Shown: positions 13,179 through 26,406, counted from the first letter of the whole stretch. The stretch is 63,835 nt of DNA, filler included, from Chiloscyllium plagiosum (GCF_004010195.1; 4 parts of one record of this genome joined end to end with filler, not necessarily neighbours in it), one strand, 5' to 3'. Program-made: numbers and translations. The notes: generated from the letters alone by a model not told the origin.

Positions 13179-14089
13179 TTTCAATGGTCTTTGGAGGACA
13201 TAGGATTTCAACCAATTAGTGATTCCAGGTTTTCAGAATGATGGATTAATATCACTGCATAGAGTTTAATAATAGCCCATTGAGTGAATGTTTTTCATCC
13301 TAGTTTCAGATCTTGGGCTCAGTTTCGACATTTTCACAAATATAGTAGTTGTGGTTGCTCGCATAAGTTTTTGAGTGCCTCACATTGAGGAATTATATCT
13401 TTGCCATCCAGGACCCACATAAATTATAATGTAATAAGTGATGTAATCATTGCACTCCTTTACAATCCAAATTACACATTACTGGGGTTCATAAGTGTGG
13501 AGTAAAGTATGATTTTTGACTTCTACCTGCAACAGTTGAAAGGTTAGCTGTTGTCCGAAGTCTGAACTATTCCTGGATTTTGGCCTAATTTGAATGCATA
13601 TTTGTTTGACCATCTGAGAAGACATAATGAATAGTCTTATGCCTTTTGTTAATGACAAGAATTGGGATAAGACTAAAGATCCTTAATGTACCAGTTTCAT
13701 TTACATGGTAGGCTAGCTGTAATACAATATCTATTGCATTTGGCCATCCCAATGTAAATCATCCCCAAATCACTTTGTTTTGTACAGCAATAAATCTAAC
13801 TCAGTCTCAAAATCATTTGCATTGCATGTAAAATCTACAAAAATCCCAGAACAGGATAATCTCATTCACAAGCTGTTGGGCTTGCTTCTGGAGAGAAGAG
13901 ACAATTAAACTATATCAATAATAATGAGGTCAGCATCACGCCAAACATTCTCAGATCTGATGTAGCAACAGGGCAGAAGGAAAGCAATATTTGTTTTTGT
14001 ATGGAAGGCACTCAGGGCACCAGAATTCACCAATGGTCTTTTTTAAAAAAAATTTTACTCACATGCTCAAAAGATTAAATATAAGCTGA

Positions 14090-14290
14090 AAAAACTGCAG
14101 ATGCTGTAAATCTGAACCAAAAATAGATATTGCTGGAAAAGCTCAGCAGATCTGGCAGCATCTATTGAAGGGAAATCAGAGTTAACATTTTGGCTCGAGT
14201 GACCCTTCCTCAGAACAAAATGTTAATTCTTATTTCTCACTACAGATCTACGAGACCTGCTAAGCTTTTCCAGCAATTTCTATTTTTGCT
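14090..14290. repeat. Inverted pair of PLE termini, family C
   Basis: ttgctggaaaagctcagcag ... ctgctaagcttttccagcaa arms around a degenerate ctgaggaagggtc...aaaatgttaac core. Confidence 0.6.
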
Positions 14291-14581
14291 GAACAGATTA
14301 ATATGTAAGATTGATATTCTCTTATAGAATACCCTTAGTTCACAATTTGCAGCAAGCATAAATGAAGTGATGAGATTGTTCACAAAGTCATTTTAAACTT
14401 TTTCAGCATAATCTACTCTTTGTTGCCTGTTACGTTAGGTTACGGAGTGGGTTGTTTGCAACAAACAAATGGACCTGTACCATTTTGATCGAGCATTATG
14501 CTTGTTAAGAGTAATACAAGGTGAGGTACATGCAAATGTAACATTGACTGATTGTTTCGCCTTTCTGTGTTATGTTTACAG

Positions 14582-14830
14582 ATTTGGAGAAAATAATTTC
14601 ACAAAAACAGCACAAGCTGGGTGGCAAAACTCTGGATGTGCAATTATATGATAAAAAGAAAGAAGATGATAAATATGAGCCCCGAACTTTTCTTCTGAAA
14701 GGTTTTGATGTTAATTCGAGAGTAGATCATATTTCACTGTACGTTGACAGCCTGAGCAATAACACACGGCATCAGATTGAACCTTTGCAGGATGGTGAAA
14801 ATGTAATGATCATATTTGAGACTGATATAG
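14582..14830 (+). CDS. PARP14: PARP14-like exon 5 (RRM-like)
   Basis: Acceptor tgtttacag; DLEKIISQKQHKLGGKTLDVQLY...FLLKGF...MIIFETDI; donor G|GTTAGT; 249 nt, phase 1 to 1. Confidence 0.85.
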
Positions 14831-15031
14831 GTTAGTGTTCTTACATTTTATGAATTTTTTACAATTTTTCTTCAGTTAATAGTGATTCATTTATTTGCAT
14901 TTTGGAAATGAAGCCAGTGTGATTGATGCAAGGGACTGAATGAAATGATTTCACTGAAGTCTGTGTTGCAAATTGTGAAGAATGTGGCTTTGTGCTGTAA
15001 TATAGAACTTTGCCTTATGTTGCTTTATCAG

Positions 15032-15268
15032 ACACCAACTCCTTTCTGAAGAATTGTGGTCAGAAGCCATTTGAAAACCATTATATCACTGCCCAACGTC
15101 TGGCCAAGACAAATTCGGTGCAAATAGAAGGAGTTCAGCCCAGTTTGAGTGATGATTACCTGGACTTGTACTTTTCAAATACAAATCGCAGCGGCGGTGG
15201 GGATGTCACAGAAATCATTGTTCAAAGACATGCAAAGAAAGCCATTATTCATTATCAAGATCATGAGG
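15032..15268 (+). CDS. PARP14: PARP14-like exon 6 (RRM with YF-x-N-x3-SGGG motif)
   Basis: Acceptor ctttatcag; TNSVQIEGVQPSLSDDYLDLYFSNTNRSGGGDV; donor G|GTAACA; 237 nt. Confidence 0.9.
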
Positions 15269-15782
15269 GTAACAGTATTTCAACATTTAAAAATTTGTAT
15301 TTTATAATTCAAATGTTACATTTTTGTCTTTTCCATTACATTGTTTCTAAGTTGAAGTTTCATAATAACTTTTAATAGCTCTGATTTTAAAACAACTTGC
15401 TATTAGGTTGGCTAAGGGAATAATCACAACTGGAAAAATTGATTTATTTCCCTTTCCCATCAAAATTTCAATTCTGGCATTGATTCAGATTTCCAACTCA
15501 GTGGCAGACCCACAACGGCAGCTTAATGAAATTGCTTTCACAAACTTATGACCATGTCTGGAATCAAAGCAAAATGCTATGGTTGCTGTAAATCTGAAAT
15601 AAAAACAGAAGGTGCTGAAAGTATGAAGCAGATCTGAAAGCATTTATAGAGAGGGGAACAGATCTAACCATTTTAGTTTATGAATCACCTTCAGCATGAG
15701 AGTGTGTTGTCAGTCTATAAAAGACTAGGTAAGTAGTATATTTATTAGTGCAATTTACTTTGTTTCAATTGTATTTTTGCAG

Positions 15783-17311
15783 TGGTAACAAGAGTTATCG
15801 AGAGGGAACATTGCCTAAAGGGTATTCAGCTGTCTGTTAACCGTTATTACCATGATCAGCAATTATCATTGTGTGTAAGTAATGATCCAAAATTCAAACT
15901 GCCTGAACAATATAGCATTTGCATCAATCCCATTCTTCTCAACTACATTGAAAAGACTCGTTACTATAAACAAGAGTTAGAAGAAATTGCGAAGAGTGTT
16001 TATTGTAACATTACCTTTGCCAACTCTGCAAATGCAAGTGAAATGATTCTGAAGCCATCTTTTGATGCAAATATATTGCTGTATTACAAAATTGCTAAGG
16101 ACTGGAAGAAGCAGGCAGAAGAGGCAATTCGGAAATTCATTGAGCAATTTGACTTCAGAGACTTTCCAACAGATAAAGAATTGTGGGAAAAGGTGAAGAA
16201 CAGAAGTAGGGGACTGAAAGCACCTGGCCTTGATGTTTGTTATTTTTCTGCACAAAACAAGGTCATCCTTGTTGGCAAAAAAAATAACACCTTGGAAGCT
16301 TCCAAAATCCTAGAGGGAATATTGGAAAAGGCAAGGAAAGAATTAGCTATCATAAGGAATACTGTTGAAGAGCAGATATTATTGCAATGCCTTGAGGAGT
16401 TGGAGTTTGTGCAAAGCCATGTCAAAGCCACTGTTTCCTCTGTGGAAATATCCACCTGCAAAGCTCCCCCTGCCTTAAAACTGAAAGGGCTGAAGGAAGA
16501 TGTTTGCCAAGCTCTCAAAATCATCAGCCAATTTCAGTCGCAATTAGAAAGGAAACCTCTCCATCAGTCTTCATGCATTATGGATTTTATCAAGTCGTTA
16601 GACCTCAAGGAATTTGTGCAAACTCACTTCATTCAAAATGGCATAAAGGCAACATTGGTGCACGGACAATCTGTTGAGCTCTTGGCTGTCAAGGCAGATG
16701 TAAGTAAAGGGGAAGATAAAATAAAGCAACTTTTCCAGGAAATTAGGATTGACTTGACTCCACAACAAATCAAAGTCACTGAAGATGACAAGTGGAAAAG
16801 ATTCTTCAATGATTTGGAAGTTGACATGAAGTCAAACAATGTAGGCTGCAGAATCAGAGAGGAGAAAAATCAAGGTGCCATATTAATTGCAGGATATTCA
16901 AACATTGTTGCTGATGTTGCAAAAATGATAAATAATTACCTGGACAATAAGAAGGTGATTACACAACTCATATCTGCCACGGTAATGCAGGTGGACTATG
17001 TGGAAAATTGCTTCACTCTTTCAGAACTACCTGAAATGCAAAGCAAAGGCATAATTATATCATATATCAGAAAGCCTTCTCCAGGTATAAAAATATCTGG
17101 TGCAGCAGAGCATATGAATAAGGCAGTTTCTGCTATTAAAGATAACTTATCACAGATTCAGTCAACAACTTATACTTACAGCAAGCCAGGAGAGGCCAGA
17201 GCTCTGTCTAAACATAAAGACATCCTAAAGGTCAAGGCCAAAGGTCATGGCTGCATGTTGTTAATTGAAACCAATGAGGACTACCAGAGTTTGACAAGTC
17301 ACCCACAGCCT
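15783..17311 (+). CDS. PARP14: PARP14-like exon 7 (large exon, KH-like repeat region)
   Basis: 1529-nt uninterrupted frame after tttttgcag, in phase with exon 6; resembles the large KH-encoding exon of PARP14; donor CCT|GTAAGT (phase 0), or read-through to TAA at 17338. Confidence 0.85.
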
Positions 17312-18019
17312 GTAAGTCGACACGATAAAATTACTTAAATTTATTTATTTGGTAAATGATTATACTAGTGTAAAATTCAGATGAATATTTGTGTCTTGAA
17401 TATTGTTGAGTAGAATTTATAACAAGGCCCCAAACATTTATAGAATGAAGGGAGATGGCAGAACATTTTCTGATTCAGTATGTGGATATACCAACTAGAG
17501 AAGATGCAAAACTTGACCTACTCTTGGGAAATAAGGCAAGGCAGGTGACTGAGGTGTTAGTGGGGGAGCACTTTGGGGCCAGTGACCATAATTCGATTAG
17601 TTTTAAAATAGTGATGGAAAAAGATAGACCAGATCTAAAAGTTGAAGTTCTAAATTGGAGAAAGGCCAATTTTGACAGTATTAGCAAGAACTTTCAAAAG
17701 CTGATTGGGGCAGATGTTCACAGGTAAAGGGACGGCTGGAAAATGGGAAGCCTTCAGAAATGAGATAACGAGAATCCAGAGAAAGTATATTCCTGTTAGG
17801 GTGAAACGAAAGGCTGGTAGGTATAGGGAATGCTGGATGACTAAAGAAATTGAGGGTTTGGTTAAGAAAAAGAAGGAAGCATATGTCAGGTATAGACAGG
17901 ATAGATCGAGTGAATCCTGAGAAGAGTATAAAGGAAATAGTATATTTAAGAGGGAAATCAGGAGGGCAAAAAGGGACATGAGATAGCGTTGGCAAATAGA
18001 ATTAAGGAGAATCCAAAGG

Positions 18020-18119
18020 NNNNNNNNNNNNNNNNNNNNNNNNNNNNNNNNNNNNNNNNNNNNTTAATTAATTAANNNNNNNNNNNNNNNNNNNNNNNNN
18101 NNNNNNNNNNNNNNNNNNN
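18020..18119. other. Artificial 100-bp scaffold linker N44-TTAATTAATTAA-N44
   Basis: Six-frame stop 12-mer centred in Ns; identical blocks at 49359-49458 and 60065-60164. Confidence 0.9.
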
Positions 18120-18463
18120 GGATGAATGCAGATTTCTCCAGCTTCCTCATTTCCCCTTCCCCCCCACCTTATCTCAGTCCCAACCCTCGGACTCAGCACC
18201 GCCTTCTTGACCTGAAATCCTCTTCCCAACCTCTCAGCCCCCACCCCCTCTCCGGCCCATCAACCTCACCTTAACCTCCTTCCACCTATCGCATTCCCAA
18301 TGCCCCTCCCCCAAGTCCCTCCTCCTTACCTTTTATCTTAGCTTGCTTGGCACACCCTCCTCATTCCCGAAGAAGGGCCTATGCCCAAAACGTTGATTCT
18401 CCTGCTCCTTGGATGCTGCCTGACCTGCTGAACTTTTCCAGCAACACATTTTTCAGCTCTGAC
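18120..18463 (+). mobile_element. PLE terminal repeat nested in CR1
   Basis: Matches 55559-55837; 22-bp duplication agaattaaggagaatccaaagg at 17998-18019 and 18469-18490. Confidence 0.8.
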
Positions 18464-20741
18464 CTTTCAGAATTAAGGAGAATCCAAAGGGTTTTTACAA
18501 ATACATTAAGGACAAAAGGGTAACTAGGGAGAGAATAGGGTCCCTCGAAGTTCAGCAAGGCGGCCTTTGTGTGGAGCCACAGAAAATGGGGGAGATACTA
18601 AATGAGTATTTTGCATCAGTGTTTACTGTGGAAAAGGATATGGAAGATATAGACTGGAGGGAAATGGATGGTGACATCTTGCAAAATGTCCAGATTACAG
18701 AGGAGGAAGTGCTGGATGTCTTGAAACATTTAAAGATGAAAAACTCCCCAGGACCTGATCAGGTGTACCCGAGAACTCTGTGGGAAGCTGGAGAAGTGAT
18801 TGCTGGGCCTCTTGCTGAGATATTTGTATCATCGATAGTCACAGATGTGGTACCGGAAGACTGGAGGTTGGCAAACATGATGCCACAGTTTAAGTTGGGT
18901 GGTAAGGACAAACCAGGTAACTATAGACCAGTGAACCTGATGTCGGTGGTGGTCAAGTTGTTGGAGGGAATCCTGAGGGACAGGATGTACATGTATTTGG
19001 AAAGGCAAGGACTGACTAGAGATAGTCAACATGGCTTTATGCATGGGAAATCATGTCTTACAAACTTGAGTTTTTTGAAGAAGTAACAAAGAAGATTGAT
19101 GAGGGCAGAGCAGTAGATATGATCTATATGGACTTCAGTAAGGCGTTTGACACGGTTCCCCATGGGATTCTGATTAGCAAGGTTAGATCTCATGGAATAC
19201 AGGCCATTTAGATACAGAACTGGCTCAAAGGTAGGTGGTGGTGGAGGGTTGTTTTTCAGACTGGGGGCCTGTACCAGTGGAGTGCCACAAGGATCAGTGC
19301 TGGTCCCTCTACTTTTTGTCATTTACATAAATGATTTGGATGCGAGCATAAGAGGTACAGTTAGTAAGTTTGCAGATGACATCAAAATTGGAGGTGTAGT
19401 GGATAGCAAAGAGGGTTACCTCAGATTACAACAGGATCTTGACCAGATGGGCCAATGGGCTGAGAAGTGGCAGATGGAGTTTAATTCAGAAAAATGCAAG
19501 GTGCTGCATTTTGAGAAAGCAAATCTTAGCAGGACTTATACACTTAATTGTAAGGTCCGAGGGAGTGTTGCTGAACAAAGAGTGCAAGTTCATATCTCAT
19601 TGAAAGTGGAGTCGCAGGTAGATAGGATAGTGAAGAAGGTGTTCGGAATGCTTTCCTTTATTGGTCAGAGTATTGAGTACAGGAGTTGGGAGGTCACATT
19701 GGTTAGGGCACTGTTGGAATATTGCATGCAATCCTAGTCTCCTTCCTATCGGAAAGATGTTGTGAAACTTGAAAGGGTTCAAAAAAGATTTACAAGGATG
19801 TTGCCAGGGTTGGAGGATTTGAGCTATAGGGAGAGGCTGGACAGGCTGGGGCTGTTTTCCCTGGAGCATCAGAGGCTGAGGGGTGACCTTATAGAGGTTT
19901 ACAAAATTATGAGGTGCATGGATAGGGTAAATAGGCAAAGTGGACTCCCCTGGGGTCGGTGAGTCCAGAACTAGAAGGCATAGGTTTAGGGTGAGGGGGG
20001 AAAGATATAAAAGAGAACAAAGAGGCACTCTTTTCATGCAAAGGGTGGTACGTGTATGGATTGAGCTGCCAGGGGAAGTGGTGGAGGCTGGTACAATTGC
20101 AATATTTAAGAAGCATTTGGATGGGTATATGAATAGGAAGGGTTTGGAGGAATATGGGTCGGGTGCTGTCAGGTGGGACTAGATTGGATTGGGATATCTG
20201 GTCAGCATGGACGGGTTGGATCAAAGTGTCTGTTTCCATGCTGTACATCTCTATGATTCTATGACTCTAATTGCTCTGATTTTATTAAAATCTTCTCTTA
20301 ACTGTCATGACTAAAGACGTACAATATATTTTCAACAATGGGGCTTTATTACAAACAGATTGTAGTTGGCATTATTATCCAATTTTATATTAAAATGTGG
20401 TGATTCTATATTCCAGTTTGCTATCATATTTCTAACAGAAACAGGCATTCTGCTACCAAAGATAGGACGATTACAGATTTGTCATAAAACATAGGAAACC
20501 TGAAGAACAGTTGGAAAAGTGAGGTAAATTATAAACCTCAAAACAGAGAAAGAATGATCTCAAAACAGAAAGAATGTATCAAAAGGCTTTGACAGAATTA
20601 TTTCCAAATAATTAATATTAAATTATAATCCAATGCCTGCCAAAGCTTGCATTTGTAAGTCTCTCAGGATGAATATTGCATAAAAACTTCATGAATGTTC
20701 TTGAACTTGATTGTTGGTGCTGTATAGGGTTCAAGCATGAT

Positions 20742-20885
20742 TGGGCGGCACGGGGATAAGCCGTTGACACTGCTGCCTCACAAGGGACCCATTTGATTTC
20801 ACCCTCGGGCCAGTGTCTACATGGAATTTGCATGTTCTCTCTGTGTCTGGATGGGTTTCCTCTAGGTACTCTGGTTTCCTCCACC
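20742..20885 (+). mobile_element. Degenerate HE1/V-SINE 5' part
   Basis: gggcggcacgg...cactgctgcctcac...ggaatttgcatgttctc...ggtttcctcc. Confidence 0.7.
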
Positions 20886-22029
20886 TTTGCCCACATTCCC
20901 AACCTTTCCCCCTTCATGCCCACCAGCCTGATGGTTTTCCCCACAAAGTCTTCCCACCATCCTTAGCCTGGTCCTATCTCCCCTCAGTCTGGTTCTGTCT
21001 GGTCCTTATCCCTTTCTGCTTATGGCTGCATCTGTTAATGTGTATATTCATGGGGAATAGCATGCATGCTCTGCAGTATCAGCAAATCCAACCTTTTAAA
21101 ATTCTATCATGTAAAATAGCTGCTGTGTTCATCTGCCAACCCCAGGAAACCCACATGAAATCAGCTGCCTCAGAATTACCATTTTAATAAAGAGGCACTG
21201 AAGCTCAGAGAGGTGTCAAGAAATTCACATCTCCTGTTTTATTCACACTTAGATGATAAATTCACATGTTGGAAGATTAAATCTTGCTTACAACTATTCA
21301 GTTTGGAGTGAAACAATGACACAATCCCCAGAGGAACCATATATCAACAGCCTTTGAGCAACAAGTGAGAGAGAAAGCAACATGCATGAATAAATGCAGG
21401 GAATCTGAAAACTCTTCTGTACGTCCCAGAAACCAGTGCAGTGAAAAAGTAACTTGTGAAAACCCCCGCTCACTGCGAAATCACAGTTATCTGCAAGCTT
21501 CACCCTTCATAAGGAAACGGTGCAACAGCTAAACAGTTGACTCTCAGGTTTCATTCTTGTAACTCAAGGACTCTAAACACTATGCACTGCAACTGCATTG
21601 CTTTTATCTTCCTGTTTGTATAGATATACTGCTTACTCCTCTTTTTGAAGCTTATTACCTGTGTTGTCTGTAAATGTTTGAGATTTCTTATTTCTCTTGG
21701 ATTGAATGGATAATAAAACTCTACTTACTCTCATTCATCCAAACAAACCTTGGAAATGGCTCCCCTCTTATCTTTAATCTGATTAACTAATGTTAATTGT
21801 AGAGTGATTGCTACATTCTGAAAAAGAAATGAAAATATTTGTTGTGACTGACTGGGGTTTAAAAATAGGGGAGCTTGTTATGATCAAGAGTAACACTGTA
21901 AGTCTCACTGTCTTCTTTCCTCACATCCTTGCAATTTTTCTGCTTCATGTAATTATCCGATTTCTGTTGAATGCTAATATCAAATCTGTATCTGTCACCT
22001 CCAACAGCAGACAGTCTAACCATCTTCAC

Positions 22030-22503
22030 AGAAGAGATTTATTAGGATGTTGCTGGGTATGGAAGGCTTGAGTTCTAAAGAAAGGCTGGATAAACTGGGA
22101 CATTTTTCCACTGGAGTGTAGAAGGTTGAAGGGTGACCTGATAGAAGTTTATAAAATATTGAAATATAGATAGAGTTGATGGTAGTTGTCTTTTCCCAAA
22201 GATGGGTAATTTCAAGACAAGGGGGTACTTTTTTAAGGTGAGAGGAGAGAGATTTGAAACAGACTTAAAAGGCAAAGTTTTCATATAGAGAGTGGTTCAT
22301 GTGTGGAATGAACTTCTTGAGGAAGTGATGGATGTGATTACAATTCCGTTTAAAAGACATTTGGATGGATACATGAATGGAAAAAGTTTGGAGGGATATG
22401 AGCCAGCAGCAGACAGGTGGGACTAGTTTAGTTTGGGATCATGTTCGGCATGGACTGACTGGACCGAAGGGTTTGTTTCCATGCAGTATGACTCTATGAC
22501 TCC
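22030..22503 (+). mobile_element. CR1 3' fragment
   Basis: gggtgacctgatagaagtttataaaat...gaccgaagggtttgtttcc...atgactctatgac. Confidence 0.85.
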
Positions 22504-22804
22504 ATAATGCCATCTGATCCATTGAATAGTCTTCTTGTGGGTGGGAACAAAGACAAAATCAAAACACTTGGAAAACATCTGAACATATAACTGCTGAGTT
22601 GGATTGCCAAGAAATAAGTTTATTTTGGCTCAACAACCTTTAAATGTGGTCTGTCATGAAATATTTAATATTTTAAACAACACTGGAAATGAAAGCAAGT
22701 GGCAATGATAATGTAGAAATTGAGATGACAGATGTTGATTTTTACACAGATGTTTAAGAAATCAGAATATTAACAAACATTAAAGAAATCCAAATTCTAT
22801 TCAC

Positions 22805-23740
22805 TTTAAAATAGTGATGGAAAAGGATTGGCCAGATCTCAAAGTTGAAGTTCTAAATTGGAGAAAGGCCAATTTTGACGGTATTAGGCAAGAACTTTCA
22901 AAAGCTGATTGGAGGCAGATGTTCGCAGGTAAAGGGATGGCTGGTAAATGGGAAGCCTTCAGAAATGAGATAACATGAATCCAGAGAAAGTATATTTTGC
23001 TGTCAAGGTGAAAGAGAAGGCTGGTAGGCATAGGGAATGCTGGATGACTAAAGAATTTGAGGGTTTGATTAAGAAAAAGAAGGAAGCATATGTCAGGTAT
23101 AGACAGGATAGATCAAGTGAATCCTTAGAAGAGTATAAAGAAAGTAGGAGTATACTTAAGAGAGAAATCAGGAGGGCAAAACAGTTAGGCCACTGTTAGA
23201 ATATTGCGTGCAGTTCTGGACTCCTTCCTATCAGAAAGATGTTGTGAAACTTGAAAGGGTTCATAAAAGATTTACGAGGATGTTGCCAGGGTTGGAGGAT
23301 TTAAGCTATAGGGAGGGGCTGAACAGGCTGGAGCTGTTTTCCCTGGAGTGTCAGAGGCTGAGGGGTGACCTTATAGAGGTTTACAAAATTATGAGGGGCT
23401 TGGATAGAGTAAATAGGCAAAGTCTTTTCCCTGGGTCAGGGAGTCCAGAACTAGAGGCCATAGGTTTAGGGTGAGAGGGAAATGGTATAAAAGAGACCTA
23501 CAAGCCAAATTTTTCACACAGAGGGTGGTACGTGTATGGAATGAGCTGCCAGAGGAAGTGGTGGAGGCTGGTACAATTGCAACATTTAAGAGGCATTTGG
23601 GTGGGTATATGAATAGGAAGGGTTTGGAGGGATATGGGCCGGGTGCTGGCAGGTGGGACTAGATTGGGTTGGTTTATCTGGTCAGCATGGACGGGTTGGA
23701 CCGAAGTGTCTGTTTCCATGCTGTACATCTCTATGACTCG
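22805..23740 (+). mobile_element. CR1 with large internal deletion or chimeric join at about 23181
   Basis: Matches full-length CR1 46207-46578, then jumps to the equivalent of about 47907; the RT core is absent. Confidence 0.85.
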
Positions 23741-23908
23741 ATGGCTCTAAATCCATTGAGTTATGGATTTGCTCATGACGATTTTGAAAGTGACTCTTAT
23801 GAGTCGGGAGAATGCTTAATAAAAATTATAAATGAAACCTTCTATATTTATTTAGACTCCACCAAACCCAGTAAAGCAAAATAAAGAAAGAAAGCAAAAT
23901 AAAGAAAG

Positions 23909-24430
23909 GAGTATTGCGTACAGTTCTGGTCATAGCATTATAAGAAGGATGAGGAAGCCTTGGAAAGGGGTCAGACGAGCTTTGCTAGGATATTGCCTGG
24001 TATGGAGGGAAGGTCTTATGAGGAAAGGCTGAGGGACTTGAGGCTGTTTTCATTAGAAAGAAAAAGGTTGAGAGGTGACTTAATTGAGACATAAAAGATA
24101 ATTAGAGGGTTAGATAGGGTGGACAGTGAGAGCCTTTCTCCTTGGATGGCAATGGCTAGCACGAGGGGACATAGCTTTAAATTGATGGGTGATAGATATA
24201 GGTCAGATGTCAGAGGTAGTTTCTTTACTCAGAGAGTAGTGGCGGCGTGGAATGCACTGCCTGTAACAGTCGTAGACTCGCTAACGTTAAGGGCATTTAA
24301 ATGGTTATTCGATAGGCATATGGACGAGAATAGAATAGTGTAGGTTAGACGGTTCAAATTGGTTCCACAGTTCGATGCAACATTGAGGGCCGAAGTGCCT
24401 GTACTGCACTGTAATGTTCTATGTTCTATC
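23909..24430 (+). mobile_element. CR1 3' fragment (different subfamily)
   Basis: gagtattgcgtacagttctgg...FFTQRVVAAWNALP; tail gttctatgttctat. Confidence 0.85.
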
Positions 24431-26406
24431 TTTTGTCAAATAATGATTTTGAATACAATAGATTTGAGTGGATTTGGGGATTGGTGTTTCATGTCTGTTT
24501 GATTAAAATTGTAACTGGTAATTAAAACAATATGAAAGAAGATAATTAAGTAAACTGTTGAATGGAATCGGTCCAGATGCCCACTGATAAATAGCTCAAA
24601 AAATTATTTATCTTTGTTTTTGAATCTTATTTTTATCTTTCATCCCTTTTTTCCCAGTCATCGGCCAGGTAGCTCAACTTTTCTGAAATTAAAACAAAAT
24701 GCTGGAAATAATCAGCAGGTCAGGCAGCATCTGTGAAGACAGAAAAAGAGTCAATGCTTCAGATCATTAGTATTTCATCCTGGAATTCAAGCATTTTCTG
24801 CTTTAGCTGTAGACTTCTATTCTAGACTTCTCTCCTTGAAGGAAAGCAAATCAGTTTTACCTATCCATTCATGTAACTGTAATCCCTAATCCTAGCACAA
24901 TTCTAATAAAGTTCTTCTGTAGCCTTTCCAAAGCTTTTACGTCCTTTGTAATCTGTAATCTTGACATTTGAACACAATACATTTCAATAGAAAAAGACTA
25001 GGTGTTAATTTCAGAGAGATTCGTGGTCTATTTCTCTTCATGAGCTGTAGTGACTTTTACTCCTACTATTCCTTGCAGCTCAACTCATTAGCTATGTTCC
25101 ATGCTCATCCTCTCTTCAGTTCACCAGTGACAGAGGAACTTGGCACTACCAGGACCTTTGGGAAAGTGCACTAATTCTCAAGCCCCATTACTCATGGTTC
25201 ACCAGAAAAATTAATAGTTTAAATCAAGGTATGCAAATTTCCCAATTTATCTATCTATGGAATCATGCTCACTAGATTCCTGTACTTAACAATTATCTAT
25301 TACAAATCAGTAAACTCTAATCACAAGTAAACAGCTATGAACTATCAACATATGACCCAACTAGTTAAAACTCAAAGGTCCTTTTAAAATCTCTACACAC
25401 ACATACAGACAGACAAGAACTGTGGGTGTTGTGAATGGAGGAAAAATGCTGGGAAATCACCTTTCAGTAGTGCCAGTCTAGAGGCTTCCATGAGATCTCC
25501 ATTTTTTTCACAAAATCTTCAGTTTTCTGATGTCCATCCTTCCAGGCTCTCAATTCTTTGCCAAAGATAACATTGATTTTCACAGTTTTGTAGTCACTTT
25601 AGAATCAACAGCTTATAGCAAATGGTGAGAGAGAATAACTGACTGTCTCAAGATAGATGTAGAGAGAGACCCCAGCGTCTTCCAATGTGGAAAATCATCT
25701 GCCACTACCTTGTCCATACACACAAGCTGTTTGGCTGACTAGGAACCAGAGAGTTTTCATCAAGTTGATGACCTTTGAAATCACAAGTGATCACAATTGC
25801 ACAAACCAATCAGCTATCTGTTGCTGGCTGATTATCACTTTGGACACATTCCCAGGTGCCATGCTATCTCATCTCAACTCCACTTCTTCCAAATCAGTCG
25901 AGTAAATACAACACACAATAAATTATTTATTTTCAAAACAGCCACAATTCCTTCCACAGTACCTGGTTTTTAAGTAATCCTTCCCCCATTTTGTATCATA
26001 GTTCAAAATATAGAAAAATAAAAAGGTGCAGTGTTTATATTTATATAATCAAGGTTTATAAAATATTCAGATCATTTGGCAATTTAGATTTAGAGGTAAA
26101 CTAAATTTCTGTATAATTGATTTGTTTCCTTTAACTCTTATGGTCTTATGGTCTTAACAAAGGTCAGAGGTAATTTTGAACAATGAGTTCAAATGCGATA
26201 GATAATTGGTGAAAAGATATAGTTGACTTTAATGCTATGCAGAAAGACTGACCAGGTTTCAACGAAGAAAACAATGCTGTCACTAACACAAAGTCAGTTT
26301 ATTTGTGGCAATCCAGACATCCAGAGCCAAAGAGAGGTCTTTACATTGTTCTTGCAGTTTTAGCTTACAGGGTGTTTCTTATATTTCAGTTCAGAAATGT
26401 TAGTAA

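Larger units (their letters stand above)
17455..20270 (+). mobile_element. CR1 LINE ORF2, interrupted by a PLE insertion and a gap
   Basis: LDLLLGN...SDHN (end of the endonuclease), PGNYRPVNL, GVPQGSVL, KFADD; ends ctctatgattctatgactct. Confidence 0.95.

Noticed and set aside
18064..18075. TTAATTAATTAA palindrome, also at 49403 and 60109
   Set aside because: Always centred in exactly 44+44 Ns; a six-frame-stop assembly linker, not biology.
20439..20523. Candidate next PARP14-like exon (cag...GAG|gtaaat)
   Set aside because: Has an early stop in the required phase-0 frame (…CYQR*) and no similarity to a macrodomain.
25120..26040. Possible solo LTR (also 57618-57890)
   Set aside because: LTR-like texture only; no TG..CA ends with a TSD could be established.
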